This document shows positions 17,740 to 25,396 of a stretch of 64,000 nucleotides of DNA, one piece after another. The notes beneath the pieces were generated by a model, which was given only the letters and a program-made list of their open reading frames with translations, was not told the origin of the DNA and ran no database searches. This DNA is from Gemmatimonadota bacterium (GTDB taxonomy: Bacteria > Gemmatimonadota > Gemmatimonadetes > Palauibacterales > Palauibacteraceae). The position numbers were made by a program, and so were the translations under genes. Location of the stretch: the NCBI GenBank assembly GCA_039584815.1, contig JBDGXC010000005.1, positions 30,633-94,632 of the forward strand. The letters are read 5' to 3'. The stretch's first letter is position 1, and the number at the start of each line of letters is the position of its first letter.

Positions 17740-20145
17740 ATGCAGCGATGGTCGTTCCGGGGCCAAGCGCCGGATGCGCCGGCGCGGTCCCGAATCCAAA
17801 CCGGAGCTGGTTTGACTCCTTCCTCCCGGACCTCCGTGGGCACGGAGCTGCTTCGCCGGCGCGTGCCGCACATCGCGGGCGCCTACCTGGCGGCCGGGTG
17901 GATTCTGCTCGAGTTCACCGACTGGGTTGTGAACCGCTGGGTGCTTTCCGGTCACATCACGGACTTCGTCGTCTTCCTGTGGCTCTTTATGGTGCCGGCC
18001 GTGCTCCTTCTGGCCTGGACCCACGGGGCTCCGGGCCGCGACCGGTGGACGCGTGTGGATTTCATCGGAGTGTCGCTCAACCTTCTGGCAGCAGCCGGAT
18101 TCATGATCGTGATGTTCGGCGGCCGGGATCTGGGTGCGGCCACCAGCTCCGTGACGGTCGAGACCGAGGATGGAAGCACCGTCCAGCGAACCGTTCCGAA
18201 GAGCGAGTATGTGCGCCGGGTGGGTCTGTTCGCGTTCCGGAACGATTCGGACGACCCGGAGCTCGACTGGTTGCAGTTCGGTCTCCCGTGGTCGATGCAC
18301 GTCGACCTGGAGCAGGACAGCTGGGTGCTGCCGGTCATCGGATTCGCCGAGGAGCTCGGCGGGGAAGGCCTCGATCGACCGGTACACCTGCCGCTGGCGC
18401 GTCAGCGGGACATCGCACGAGACCGCTTCCTCGGACACCTGGTCGTCGGGACGCTGGAGCGACGCGACGACGAGCTGGTGGTGACGACGCGCCTGCACGA
18501 CGTCGAGAGCGGACGCGTGATGGAGGAGCGCGTGCTCAGCGGTGTCGACCCACTGGACCTGGCCGACCGGCTGGCCGCCCAACTCCGGCAGGACCTCGGA
18601 CTGCCCTCCGGCCACATCGCGCGCTCGCCGGATCTCCCCGTGAGCGAGCTTCTCTCCGATTCCCTGGTGGCGGTGCGGGCGTTCTTCCAGGCGCAGCATG
18701 CACAGGACCGCGACGCTCGGGCGAACCTCCGCCTGTTGGGCGCCGCAACCGGGACGGATTCCACGTTCGCCATGGCCCAGGCGCTGCTGGGAGAGGCTTA
18801 CATCGCGGCCAACCGGCCGGAGGATGCGTACGCCGCGTACGGAGCGGCGCTGCGCCACGAGTACCGGCTGAGCGAGCGCCTGCGGTACGAGGTCAAGGGC
18901 CGGTACTACCAGCTTACCCGGCAGCCCGAGAAGGCCCTGCGCGTGGCCCGCCTGCGCACTGAGCTGTATCCGGAGGACCCGACGGCGTGGGACATCCTGG
19001 GCGTCGTCCTGGCCGCCCGGGGAGACAACGAGGGGGCGATCGAGGCCTTCGAGGAAGGCCTGGCGCTGGATCCGTCGGCCTACGGGCGGGTGCAGGCCCT
19101 GGGACAGTTTTACGCGAACAACGGGCAGATCGAGAATGCCCGGCGCACCTTCCAGGGCTACGCGGACCGCTATCCGGATCGACTGCTCCCGATGCGCTCG
19201 CTGGGCAACCTGTATCTGCAGATGGGCGAATTCGACACGGCGGCCGACTACTTCGAGCGGGCGCTGCTCCTCGATCCACGAGATTTCGCCTCGCTGGTGG
19301 CCCTGGCCGATATCGCCGAACGATCCGCCGACTTCGCCGCGGCGCGGGATTACTACGACCAGGCCATCAGCGCATCGGGCAACGACGAGCGCATGTGGCA
19401 CGTGGGGGGTCGGCTGGTCGGCTACTTCGACCTGCAGGGCATGACCGACAGCGCGATCGCGCGGCTCGAGGCGGTGGCCGGGTACCTGGGATCCACGAGC
19501 GGCCGCCTGATGGAGCTCCAGCAGCGGGTCAACGCGATCGCCCTGTATCCCCGCGCAGGAGAGAGACGACGAGCCCTCGCGTTCCTCGACTCGCTTCGCG
19601 CGGAGCTCGAGCCGCCCCTGACCTTCTTCGTTCCGGTGGCGGAGGCGCTCCTGTATCGGGAGATCGGGGACGGACGGGCCGTGGAAGCCGCCGTGCCGCA
19701 GGCGCGGCAGGCGTACCGCGAGTTCGGGCTCACGGCCCTGGACTGGATCATGATCCACCTGTCCGGTGAGGCGAAGCGCCTGCAGGGTGACTGTTCCGCG
19801 GCCGTTCCCCTGTACGAGGAGGCCGCCGGGGCCATGCAGGCGGGATCGCACGGCGCGATCGACGTCCTGCTGGGCGGAAATCCGTGGCTCGGACTCGGGA
19901 TGTGCTACCGGCGTCTGGGACAGTACGGGGACGCCGAGGCGGCTCTCCGGCGAGTGCTCGGCCTGTTGCCGGCGGACGCCCGCTCGCGGTATGAGCTGGC
20001 ACTGGTTTACCGGGACGCCGGCCGGGGAGACGAAGCCCTGCGCCACCTGCGGGGAGCGGTGCACGTGTGGCGAAACGCCGATCCCGACCGGGCGGAGGCG
20101 GCCGCGGCGAACGCGTTGCTCGCCGAGTGGGAAGGGGGCGGCTGA
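17740..20145 (+). CDS. membrane-anchored TPR repeat protein (paralog of 53231..55624)
   Basis: 801 aa. N-terminal LLRRRV..AGAYLAAGW module with two hydrophobic helices, then a long TPR array. The true start may be the internal GTG at 17836. Confidence 0.75.
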   Translation: MQRWSFRGQAPDAPARSRIQTGAGLTPSSRTSVGTELLRRRVPHIAGAYLAAGWILLEFTDWVVNRWVLSGHITDFVVFLWLFMVPAVLLLAWTHGAPGRDRWTRVDFIGVSLNLLAAAGFMIVMFGGRDLGAATSSVTVETEDGSTVQRTVPKSEYVRRVGLFAFRNDSDDPELDWLQFGLPWSMHVDLEQDSWVLPVIGFAEELGGEGLDRPVHLPLARQRDIARDRFLGHLVVGTLERRDDELVVTTRLHDVESGRVMEERVLSGVDPLDLADRLAAQLRQDLGLPSGHIARSPDLPVSELLSDSLVAVRAFFQAQHAQDRDARANLRLLGAATGTDSTFAMAQALLGEAYIAANRPEDAYAAYGAALRHEYRLSERLRYEVKGRYYQLTRQPEKALRVARLRTELYPEDPTAWDILGVVLAARGDNEGAIEAFEEGLALDPSAYGRVQALGQFYANNGQIENARRTFQGYADRYPDRLLPMRSLGNLYLQMGEFDTAADYFERALLLDPRDFASLVALADIAERSADFAAARDYYDQAISASGNDERMWHVGGRLVGYFDLQGMTDSAIARLEAVAGYLGSTSGRLMELQQRVNAIALYPRAGERRRALAFLDSLRAELEPPLTFFVPVAEALLYREIGDGRAVEAAVPQARQAYREFGLTALDWIMIHLSGEAKRLQGDCSAAVPLYEEAAGAMQAGSHGAIDVLLGGNPWLGLGMCYRRLGQYGDAEAALRRVLGLLPADARSRYELALVYRDAGRGDEALRHLRGAVHVWRNADPDRAEAAAANALLAEWEGGG

Positions 20146-20192
20146 GGCCCCGGTTCGTTCCTATTCCCTGCACAGCCCCATGGAGAGCCGTC

Positions 20193-20315
20193 ATGAGCTA
20201 CGTTCCGATCGTGACACGGCCCGACCACCATGCCTCGTCCCGCGCCCGGGAACTGGCCCGCCAGATCGAGCAGGTCGTCGCCGAGTTTCAGGCGGTCTCG
20301 TTGAAACCCCGGTGA
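20193..20315 (+). CDS. possible 40-aa protein MSYVPIVTRPDHHASSRARELARQIEQVVAEFQAVSLKPR
   Basis: GGAGAG 5 nt upstream of the ATG. Third codon positions mostly G/C. Ends 16 nt before the ABC ATPase gene. No recognisable family. Confidence 0.3.
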   Translation: MSYVPIVTRPDHHASSRARELARQIEQVVAEFQAVSLKPR

Positions 20316-20331
20316 GACCGTTCCCGCTGTA

Positions 20332-21309
20332 TTGCCCATGACGAGCGCCAAGCCCATCCCCGTCATTCAGACCTTCGATCTACGCAAGCGGTATCGAAAG
20401 ACCGCGGCTGTCGACGGCATCTCGTTCCAGGTCGAGCGGGGACAGGTGTTCGGCTTCCTCGGACCGAACGGCGCCGGCAAGACGACCACCATCGGACTGC
20501 TGCTGGGGATCATCACGCCTACCGGAGGTGGATTCCGGTTGTTCGGAGGCGGTTCGGCGGGCGAGCTGCACGCCGCCCGGCGGCGCATCGGGGCCACGCT
20601 CGAGTACCCGAACTTCTACCCCTACCTGTCCGGGCGGGACAACCTGCGCATCGCTGCGGAAGTCAAGGGCGCCACCCGGGCGGATGTGGAGCGCGTCCTC
20701 GACATCGTCGGCCTGAGTCGCCGCGCGAGGCAGAAGTTCAAGGCCTACTCGCTGGGCATGAAGCAGCGTCTCGCCCTGGCAGCCACCATGCTCAACGATC
20801 CGGAGCTCATCGTCCTGGACGAGCCCGCGAACGGACTCGATCCCGAAGGGATGCGGGAGATTCGCGGCATCATCCGCGGACTGGGCGAGCGAGGCAAGAC
20901 GATCTTCCTGTCCAGCCACCTGCTGTCAGAGGTCGAGCGGACGTGCACCCACGTGGCGATCATCCAGCGAGGTCGGATCGTGCAGCAGGCGAGCGTGGCG
21001 GAGGTGACGTCGCATGGAGTGGCCGGCCTGCGGGCCGCCGATCTCGAGGGTCTCGAGGCAGCGTTGAACGGCTATCCCGGCGCCCGCTGGGTCCGCCGCC
21101 GCGGCGACCGGGTGCTGGCGGATCTGGAGGACGGCGACCTGGCGGCCGTCAACTGCTGGCTGGCGGGTCGCGGCATCCACGTCTCGCACCTCGCGCTGGA
21201 GTCCCGCTCCCTGGAGGACGTGTTCATGGAAGTCACGGGCGCTGGAGCAGGGCCGGGAGACGATTCCGGTGCGGCCGGCGCCGGACACGGTCTCCAGGAG
21301 GTGCCGTGA
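20332..21309 (+). CDS. ABC transporter ATP-binding protein (ABC-2 subfamily)
   Basis: Walker A GPNGAGKTT, signature YSLGMKQRLALA, Walker B LIVLDEPANGLD. Confidence 0.93.
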   Translation: MPMTSAKPIPVIQTFDLRKRYRKTAAVDGISFQVERGQVFGFLGPNGAGKTTTIGLLLGIITPTGGGFRLFGGGSAGELHAARRRIGATLEYPNFYPYLSGRDNLRIAAEVKGATRADVERVLDIVGLSRRARQKFKAYSLGMKQRLALAATMLNDPELIVLDEPANGLDPEGMREIRGIIRGLGERGKTIFLSSHLLSEVERTCTHVAIIQRGRIVQQASVAEVTSHGVAGLRAADLEGLEAALNGYPGARWVRRRGDRVLADLEDGDLAAVNCWLAGRGIHVSHLALESRSLEDVFMEVTGAGAGPGDDSGAAGAGHGLQEVP

Positions 21310-22130
21310 TTCGTGCGGCGTTCCGCAACGAGATGCGGAAGATGTGGAAGCGCGTGGCGACCTGGGTCACGCTTGGACTCTTCGCCCTGATCAATCTCGT
21401 CGACTTCGGCGAGAAGTATCTGGAAGCCCGCAAGGACCCGGAGCAGCCGTTCGCCCTGCCCGAGGCATGGGAGCAGATCTTCGGCCAGGAGATGATGATC
21501 GGGTTCATCTTCGCGGCCGTTCTGCTGATCCTCCTGGTGGCCGCAGAGTTCAACTGGCGGACGGCGCGGCAGAATGTCATCGACGGCCTCTCGAGGACCG
21601 AGTGGTTCGCCGGAAAGGTCCTCCTCCTGCCGGTCATCGTCGCCATCTTCGCCCTGCTGCGCGTCGCGCTGGGCGGCCTGCTGGCCGGACTCGGCACCGC
21701 CAGCGCGAGCGAAGCCGCGTTGCCGGGATTCCCGCAGGTCGCGGCGCTCGGCGGTTCGCTCCTCGCCGGCCTCGGCTATGGGAGCCTGGCGCTGTTCCTG
21801 GCGCTCGCCATTCGATCGTCAGGACCGGCCATGGCGGTCTGGTTCGCCTGGTTCGCGTTCGCGGAGAACCTGGTGCGCGGGGCGCTGGGCAACGTGTTCG
21901 AGGGTCTTCGGCCGGTCCTCGGGTGGCTTCCCATCCGCACGTTCGGTCGACTGATCCCGTACCAGCTGTACGATCCCGCTGCCTACGAACGCGCCGCCCG
22001 GATTGCGGTCGAGCACGAGGGGACGCCACCGGGACTCTATGCGGTGGGACCGGTCGCTGTGGGCACCGCCCTGTGGGTCTTCGGCCTGATCCTTCTCGCG
22101 GGGGGCTGGTTCCGGAGGCGGGACCTGTAG
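21306..22130 (+). CDS. ABC-2 type transporter permease
   Basis: GTG 21306 overlaps the ATPase stop (GTGA). 274 aa with about six hydrophobic segments, starting VIRAAFRNEMRKMWKRVATWVTLG. Confidence 0.75.
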   Translation: MIRAAFRNEMRKMWKRVATWVTLGLFALINLVDFGEKYLEARKDPEQPFALPEAWEQIFGQEMMIGFIFAAVLLILLVAAEFNWRTARQNVIDGLSRTEWFAGKVLLLPVIVAIFALLRVALGGLLAGLGTASASEAALPGFPQVAALGGSLLAGLGYGSLALFLALAIRSSGPAMAVWFAWFAFAENLVRGALGNVFEGLRPVLGWLPIRTFGRLIPYQLYDPAAYERAARIAVEHEGTPPGLYAVGPVAVGTALWVFGLILLAGGWFRRRDL

Positions 22131-22237
22131 ACGGGTCGGCGACGGGCACGACGCCCTCCAGCGCCCCGTCGTTCCGATCCGCTCGCCTGTGGTCGTGGCA
22201 CAACGTCCATCCCGGTGCGCTGCCGTAAGTCCTTGTC

Positions 22238-22609
22238 GTGCATGACATGGATTCGGGGCACACCGTCTGCGTGGGGGTAGAAATGTACCCACAACCCCCG
22301 AGACCGATGGACGATAGATCCTTCTGGGTTTCCAATCCGGATGCCCTGCTGACCAGCGCGGCCCGTGCCGTCGAAGCCAAGCACGGGATCGGCCGCTTCC
22401 TCGGCCGATCCTGGGACTACGTGGACGAGCATCTGCCCGAGGTGTTGCTCATCACGCTCGAACGCCTTCCGGAGACCGGCAGACTCCGACGCGAGTCGGA
22501 TCGGATGATTCTCCGGTGGGTGGGGCGCCTCATCGAGGAAGTTCCTCGGGACGACCCGTTCCGACCCAAGATCCTTGCCCTGTTTCGGGCCAAGCTCCCT
22601 TCCGACTGA
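22238..22609 (+). CDS. hypothetical protein
   Basis: 123 aa with a protein-like composition and G/C-rich third positions. Preferred over the overlapping antisense ORF. No family recognised. Start may be ATG 22309. Confidence 0.4.
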   Translation: MHDMDSGHTVCVGVEMYPQPPRPMDDRSFWVSNPDALLTSAARAVEAKHGIGRFLGRSWDYVDEHLPEVLLITLERLPETGRLRRESDRMILRWVGRLIEEVPRDDPFRPKILALFRAKLPSD

Positions 22610-22737
22610 GGCCTTCCACAGCATTCCGGCCGTCCCTCCAGGCGGGGAATTCCCCTCCGCGACGGTGTTGGTGGGCTCCCTCGTCCCCGATATTCCTCCC
22701 GGTGCATGCCGTCTTGATCCCGGCAGGAGGCGAGCGT

Positions 22738-23016
22738 ATGAAGGCCGTGGCGGAGGTTCAGGTCATTCCGATCGGGTCGGGCGTTTCGGTGCGGCGCGAG
22801 GTGCAGCGTGCGCACCGGGTGCTCGAGCAGGCGGGCCTCAATCCCACCCTGCACGCGTACGGCACGAATGTGGAGGGGGACCTGGAGAAGATCCTGCGGG
22901 CCGTGACGCAGATCCACGAGATCCTGCACGCGGAAGGCACGATCCGGCTCTCGACGTTTCTCAAGATCGGGACGAGAACCGATAAGGAGCCGACCCTGAG
23001 CGGGAAACTGTTCTAG
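22738..23016 (+). CDS. MTH1187/YkoF family (thiamine-binding-like) protein
   Basis: AGGAGG 8 nt upstream of ATG 22738. MKAVAEVQVIPIGSG ... YGTNVEGDLEKIL pattern typical of the UPF0045/MTH1187 family. Confidence 0.8.
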   Translation: MKAVAEVQVIPIGSGVSVRREVQRAHRVLEQAGLNPTLHAYGTNVEGDLEKILRAVTQIHEILHAEGTIRLSTFLKIGTRTDKEPTLSGKLF

Positions 23017-23141
23017 CGCCCGCCGGGAGGTTTCTCGGCCGGCCGGCAACCCGTATCATGCGGGCCTCGCCGGCGCTCCAGTGCGCGGCGACCGATCACG
23101 GGGGTCCCTTCCAGTAGATCCTCGAACCACGGAGAAGCTGA

Positions 23142-23585
23142 ATGCTGACAATGAGAAGAACTCTGCCGTTCGTCGCCCCACTGCTTGTCGCAGGGCTGGC
23201 GGGCCCGGCCGCGTGCGCGAACGAGGCGACCGAGCAGGACGCCGCCTCGGTGTCCGAAGGGCAATCGCGCGTCGAGGGCGAAGCGGCGGGCGAAGCCACC
23301 GGCGGACAAGGCTCGATGGAGGCCCCGCACGGAAAGGTGTCGGTGCTCGCGTACGAGTGCGCCGACGAGCAGTCGTTCATGTTCACTATCGCCGAAGGTG
23401 TCGAGAAGGCGGCCCTCCGGATGTCCGACGGGCAGATCTTCCAGCTCGACCAGCAGCCGACGGGATCCGGGATGGACTACTCCGACGGGACGTACACCTT
23501 CCGGGGCAAGGGACCTGAGGCGTCCGTCGAGAAGGACGGAGAGCCCCTATTCACAGACTGCCGGGCCACCGGCCACCCACAATAG
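23142..23585 (+). CDS. MliC-like lipoprotein (inhibitor of c-type lysozyme family)
   Basis: Lipobox LAGPAAC. YECADEQSF ... TGSGMDYSDG ... FRGKGPEA ... C pattern resembling the MliC SxSGxxY loop. Confidence 0.7.
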   Translation: MLTMRRTLPFVAPLLVAGLAGPAACANEATEQDAASVSEGQSRVEGEAAGEATGGQGSMEAPHGKVSVLAYECADEQSFMFTIAEGVEKAALRMSDGQIFQLDQQPTGSGMDYSDGTYTFRGKGPEASVEKDGEPLFTDCRATGHPQ

Positions 23586-23777
23586 CGGTACGAGGGGTCC
23601 TTCTCCGAAGGAACGGGCGGGAGCCGGCGGCCCCCGCCCACCCCGACTTCCTCATCGGCGAGCAACCGGGTCACCAGCATCTCCGTCGAGCCGAGGTAGA
23701 TCTTGTCCAGCACTCGGCTCAGGGCCCTGCGGGACACACCTTGCCCGTTCGCCGCCCCACCCCCGATCTTCCCGCCC

Positions 23778-24632
23778 ATGCTGCTCTGGACATTGGCCGC
23801 CGCTGTGGGCGGCGCGTTCCTGATCGACCGGGCTGCCCTGCTGACGCTGCGGCCCCGCCGCCGGCCTGCCCAGCGGACGGCGGGCGATCTGCATCATCCG
23901 GTCACGCCACTCGAGCTGGACTCGAACGGAGTCACGGTGCGCGGCGACCTCATCGAGCCGCGGGCGACACCGCCGGACACGCCCATCTCAGTCCTCGTGC
24001 ACGGCTGGACCGGAGACTCGTCCACCATGCTCTTCCTGGCGGCCCCGTTGCTGGATGCGGGCCTGCCCGTCCTGGTGTTCGACGTCCGCTCGCACGGTCG
24101 CAGCGACGGGGCGCCTGCCGTCACCGTCCGCCATTTTCGGGATGACCTCATGGCGACGCTCGAGACCCTGAGGGAGATCCGTCCGGGCTGCCGGATCGTC
24201 GTGATCGGGCACTCCCTGGGCGGCGCGGCCGCGATCCTGGCCCGTTCCCGCGGGGCCGAGTTCGATGGGCTGGCGCTGATCGCCGCACCGGCCGACCTGT
24301 TCGCCGTGACGGCGGGCTTCTTTTCCGATCGGGGACTGCCCGGCCAGTTCCTGGTGCGCCTGTTCCATCCCTCGTGGCGCTTGCGGGCCGGGGAATCGTT
24401 CCGGGATCTGGACCCCGAGGCCCGAGCCGGTGAGCTGGCCTCAGACTCGATCCCCGTGACGATCGTGCAGGGAGGACGCGACACCCGGGTTCCGCCAGAC
24501 CACGCGGATCGCCTGGGCCACGCCGCGGGTGTTCCGGTCTTAACGGTCGCCGAAGCAGCGCATCGCGATGTCCTCACCCACCCCGACACGCACGCCGAAC
24601 TGATCCGGTTCCTGCGAACCGTGGTCCGCTGA
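23778..24632 (+). CDS. membrane-anchored alpha/beta hydrolase
   Basis: Start chosen at MLLWTLAAAVGGAFLI (TM anchor). HGWTGD, nucleophile elbow GHSLGG, C-terminal His region. Confidence 0.8.
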   Translation: MLLWTLAAAVGGAFLIDRAALLTLRPRRRPAQRTAGDLHHPVTPLELDSNGVTVRGDLIEPRATPPDTPISVLVHGWTGDSSTMLFLAAPLLDAGLPVLVFDVRSHGRSDGAPAVTVRHFRDDLMATLETLREIRPGCRIVVIGHSLGGAAAILARSRGAEFDGLALIAAPADLFAVTAGFFSDRGLPGQFLVRLFHPSWRLRAGESFRDLDPEARAGELASDSIPVTIVQGGRDTRVPPDHADRLGHAAGVPVLTVAEAAHRDVLTHPDTHAELIRFLRTVVR

Positions 24633-24688
24633 TCCGAGTCACCCGGAACGGCACGCGGCCGGCGCGCGCGAGCTGCGGGACGACCAGC

Positions 24689-25252
24689 TCAGGCGATCCC
24701 GGTCGACCCGAATCCCCCCTCCCCGCGCGGGGTCTCGAGCGAGACCCCGTCGACGATGCGGATCGGTGGTCGCTGGAAGCGTGCGAACACGAGCTGCGCG
24801 ATGCGCTCCCCGGGCTCGATGCGGATCGTGTGATCCGCCCGGGCCGATGCGAGACGCTTCCTGAAGGTCTCGTAGTCCGCGCATTCCGCGCATTCCGCGA
24901 GCTCTCCGGACGTCAGGATGGGCGCCGTGTTGAGCAGGATCACCTGCACCGGCCCGCGGTAGCCAGGGTCGATCGTGCCGGGCGCGTTCGCGACCGTCAG
25001 ACCGCTGCGCAACGCCTGTCCGGACCGGGGCCGCACCTGTCCTTCGAGGCCCGGCGGGAGCGCGATGCGGATCCCGGCACTCACCAGCTTCCTGTCGCCC
25101 GGCTCCAGGACCGCCGCCTCGCATGCGATGAGATCGATTCCCGCGTCTCCCGGATGGGAGGGCTCCAGATACTGTGGCCCGACCTCCGGGTCGCCGAAGG
25201 CCGGGTGCTCCGGAAGAAGCTCCACTCGCACCGTCTCATCCCGGTCGTCCAT
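24689..25252 (-). CDS. dut: dUTP diphosphatase with an internal insertion
   Basis: AGIDL, RSG, GTIDPGYRGPVQVILLN, GERIAQLVF, RGEGGFGSTG motifs in order. 187 aa from ATG 25252. Confidence 0.9.
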   Translation of the reverse strand: MDDRDETVRVELLPEHPAFGDPEVGPQYLEPSHPGDAGIDLIACEAAVLEPGDRKLVSAGIRIALPPGLEGQVRPRSGQALRSGLTVANAPGTIDPGYRGPVQVILLNTAPILTSGELAECAECADYETFRKRLASARADHTIRIEPGERIAQLVFARFQRPPIRIVDGVSLETPRGEGGFGSTGIA

Positions 25253-25396
25253 GCCGCAGGATAGGGAGCTCCGACAGGGGTTGCCAGAGCAGGGGCCATA
25301 GAAAGCCCCCTTCCTTTTCGCGTATAGCGGAGCGATGATCCGCGATCTGCGCGAAGGTCGCGCAGGGGAGGATGCCACGGGGAGGAGCCCGGGCTC

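Noticed and set aside
17674-20064. N-terminal ~800 codons of the 1319-aa minus-strand track ORF 16105..20064
   Set aside because: This part is antisense to the well-supported TPR gene (17740..20145). It is Arg/Gly/Pro/His-rich low-complexity sequence with no motifs. Only the C-terminal 522 codons from ATG 17673 (lipobox plus SLT domain) look like a real protein. Long antisense open frames are expected in ~70 percent GC DNA.
22610-22737. Possible TPP riboswitch upstream of the MTH1187/YkoF-like thiamine-binding-family gene
   Set aside because: I looked for the conserved CUGAGA and ACCUGAUCUGGAUAAUGCCAGCG-type cores and found neither.
23586-23779. Minus-strand frame reading ..GVSRRALSRVLDKIYLGSTEMLVTRLLADEE.. 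in the gap between the MliC-like and hydrolase genes; possible remnant of a regulator gene
   Set aside because: The open frame (23477..23779) would overlap the MliC-like gene by ~110 nt in antisense. It has no clear start context, and I could not assign the segment to a family. It may be a pseudogene fragment, but the evidence is too thin to call. A translated search of 23586..23779 would settle it.
25379-25392. Perfect 14-nt palindrome GGAGCCCGGGCTCC just downstream of the ADOP permease stop
   Set aside because: It could be a weak terminator between the permease and dut. However, it leaves essentially no loop and has no U tract, so it was not called as a feature.
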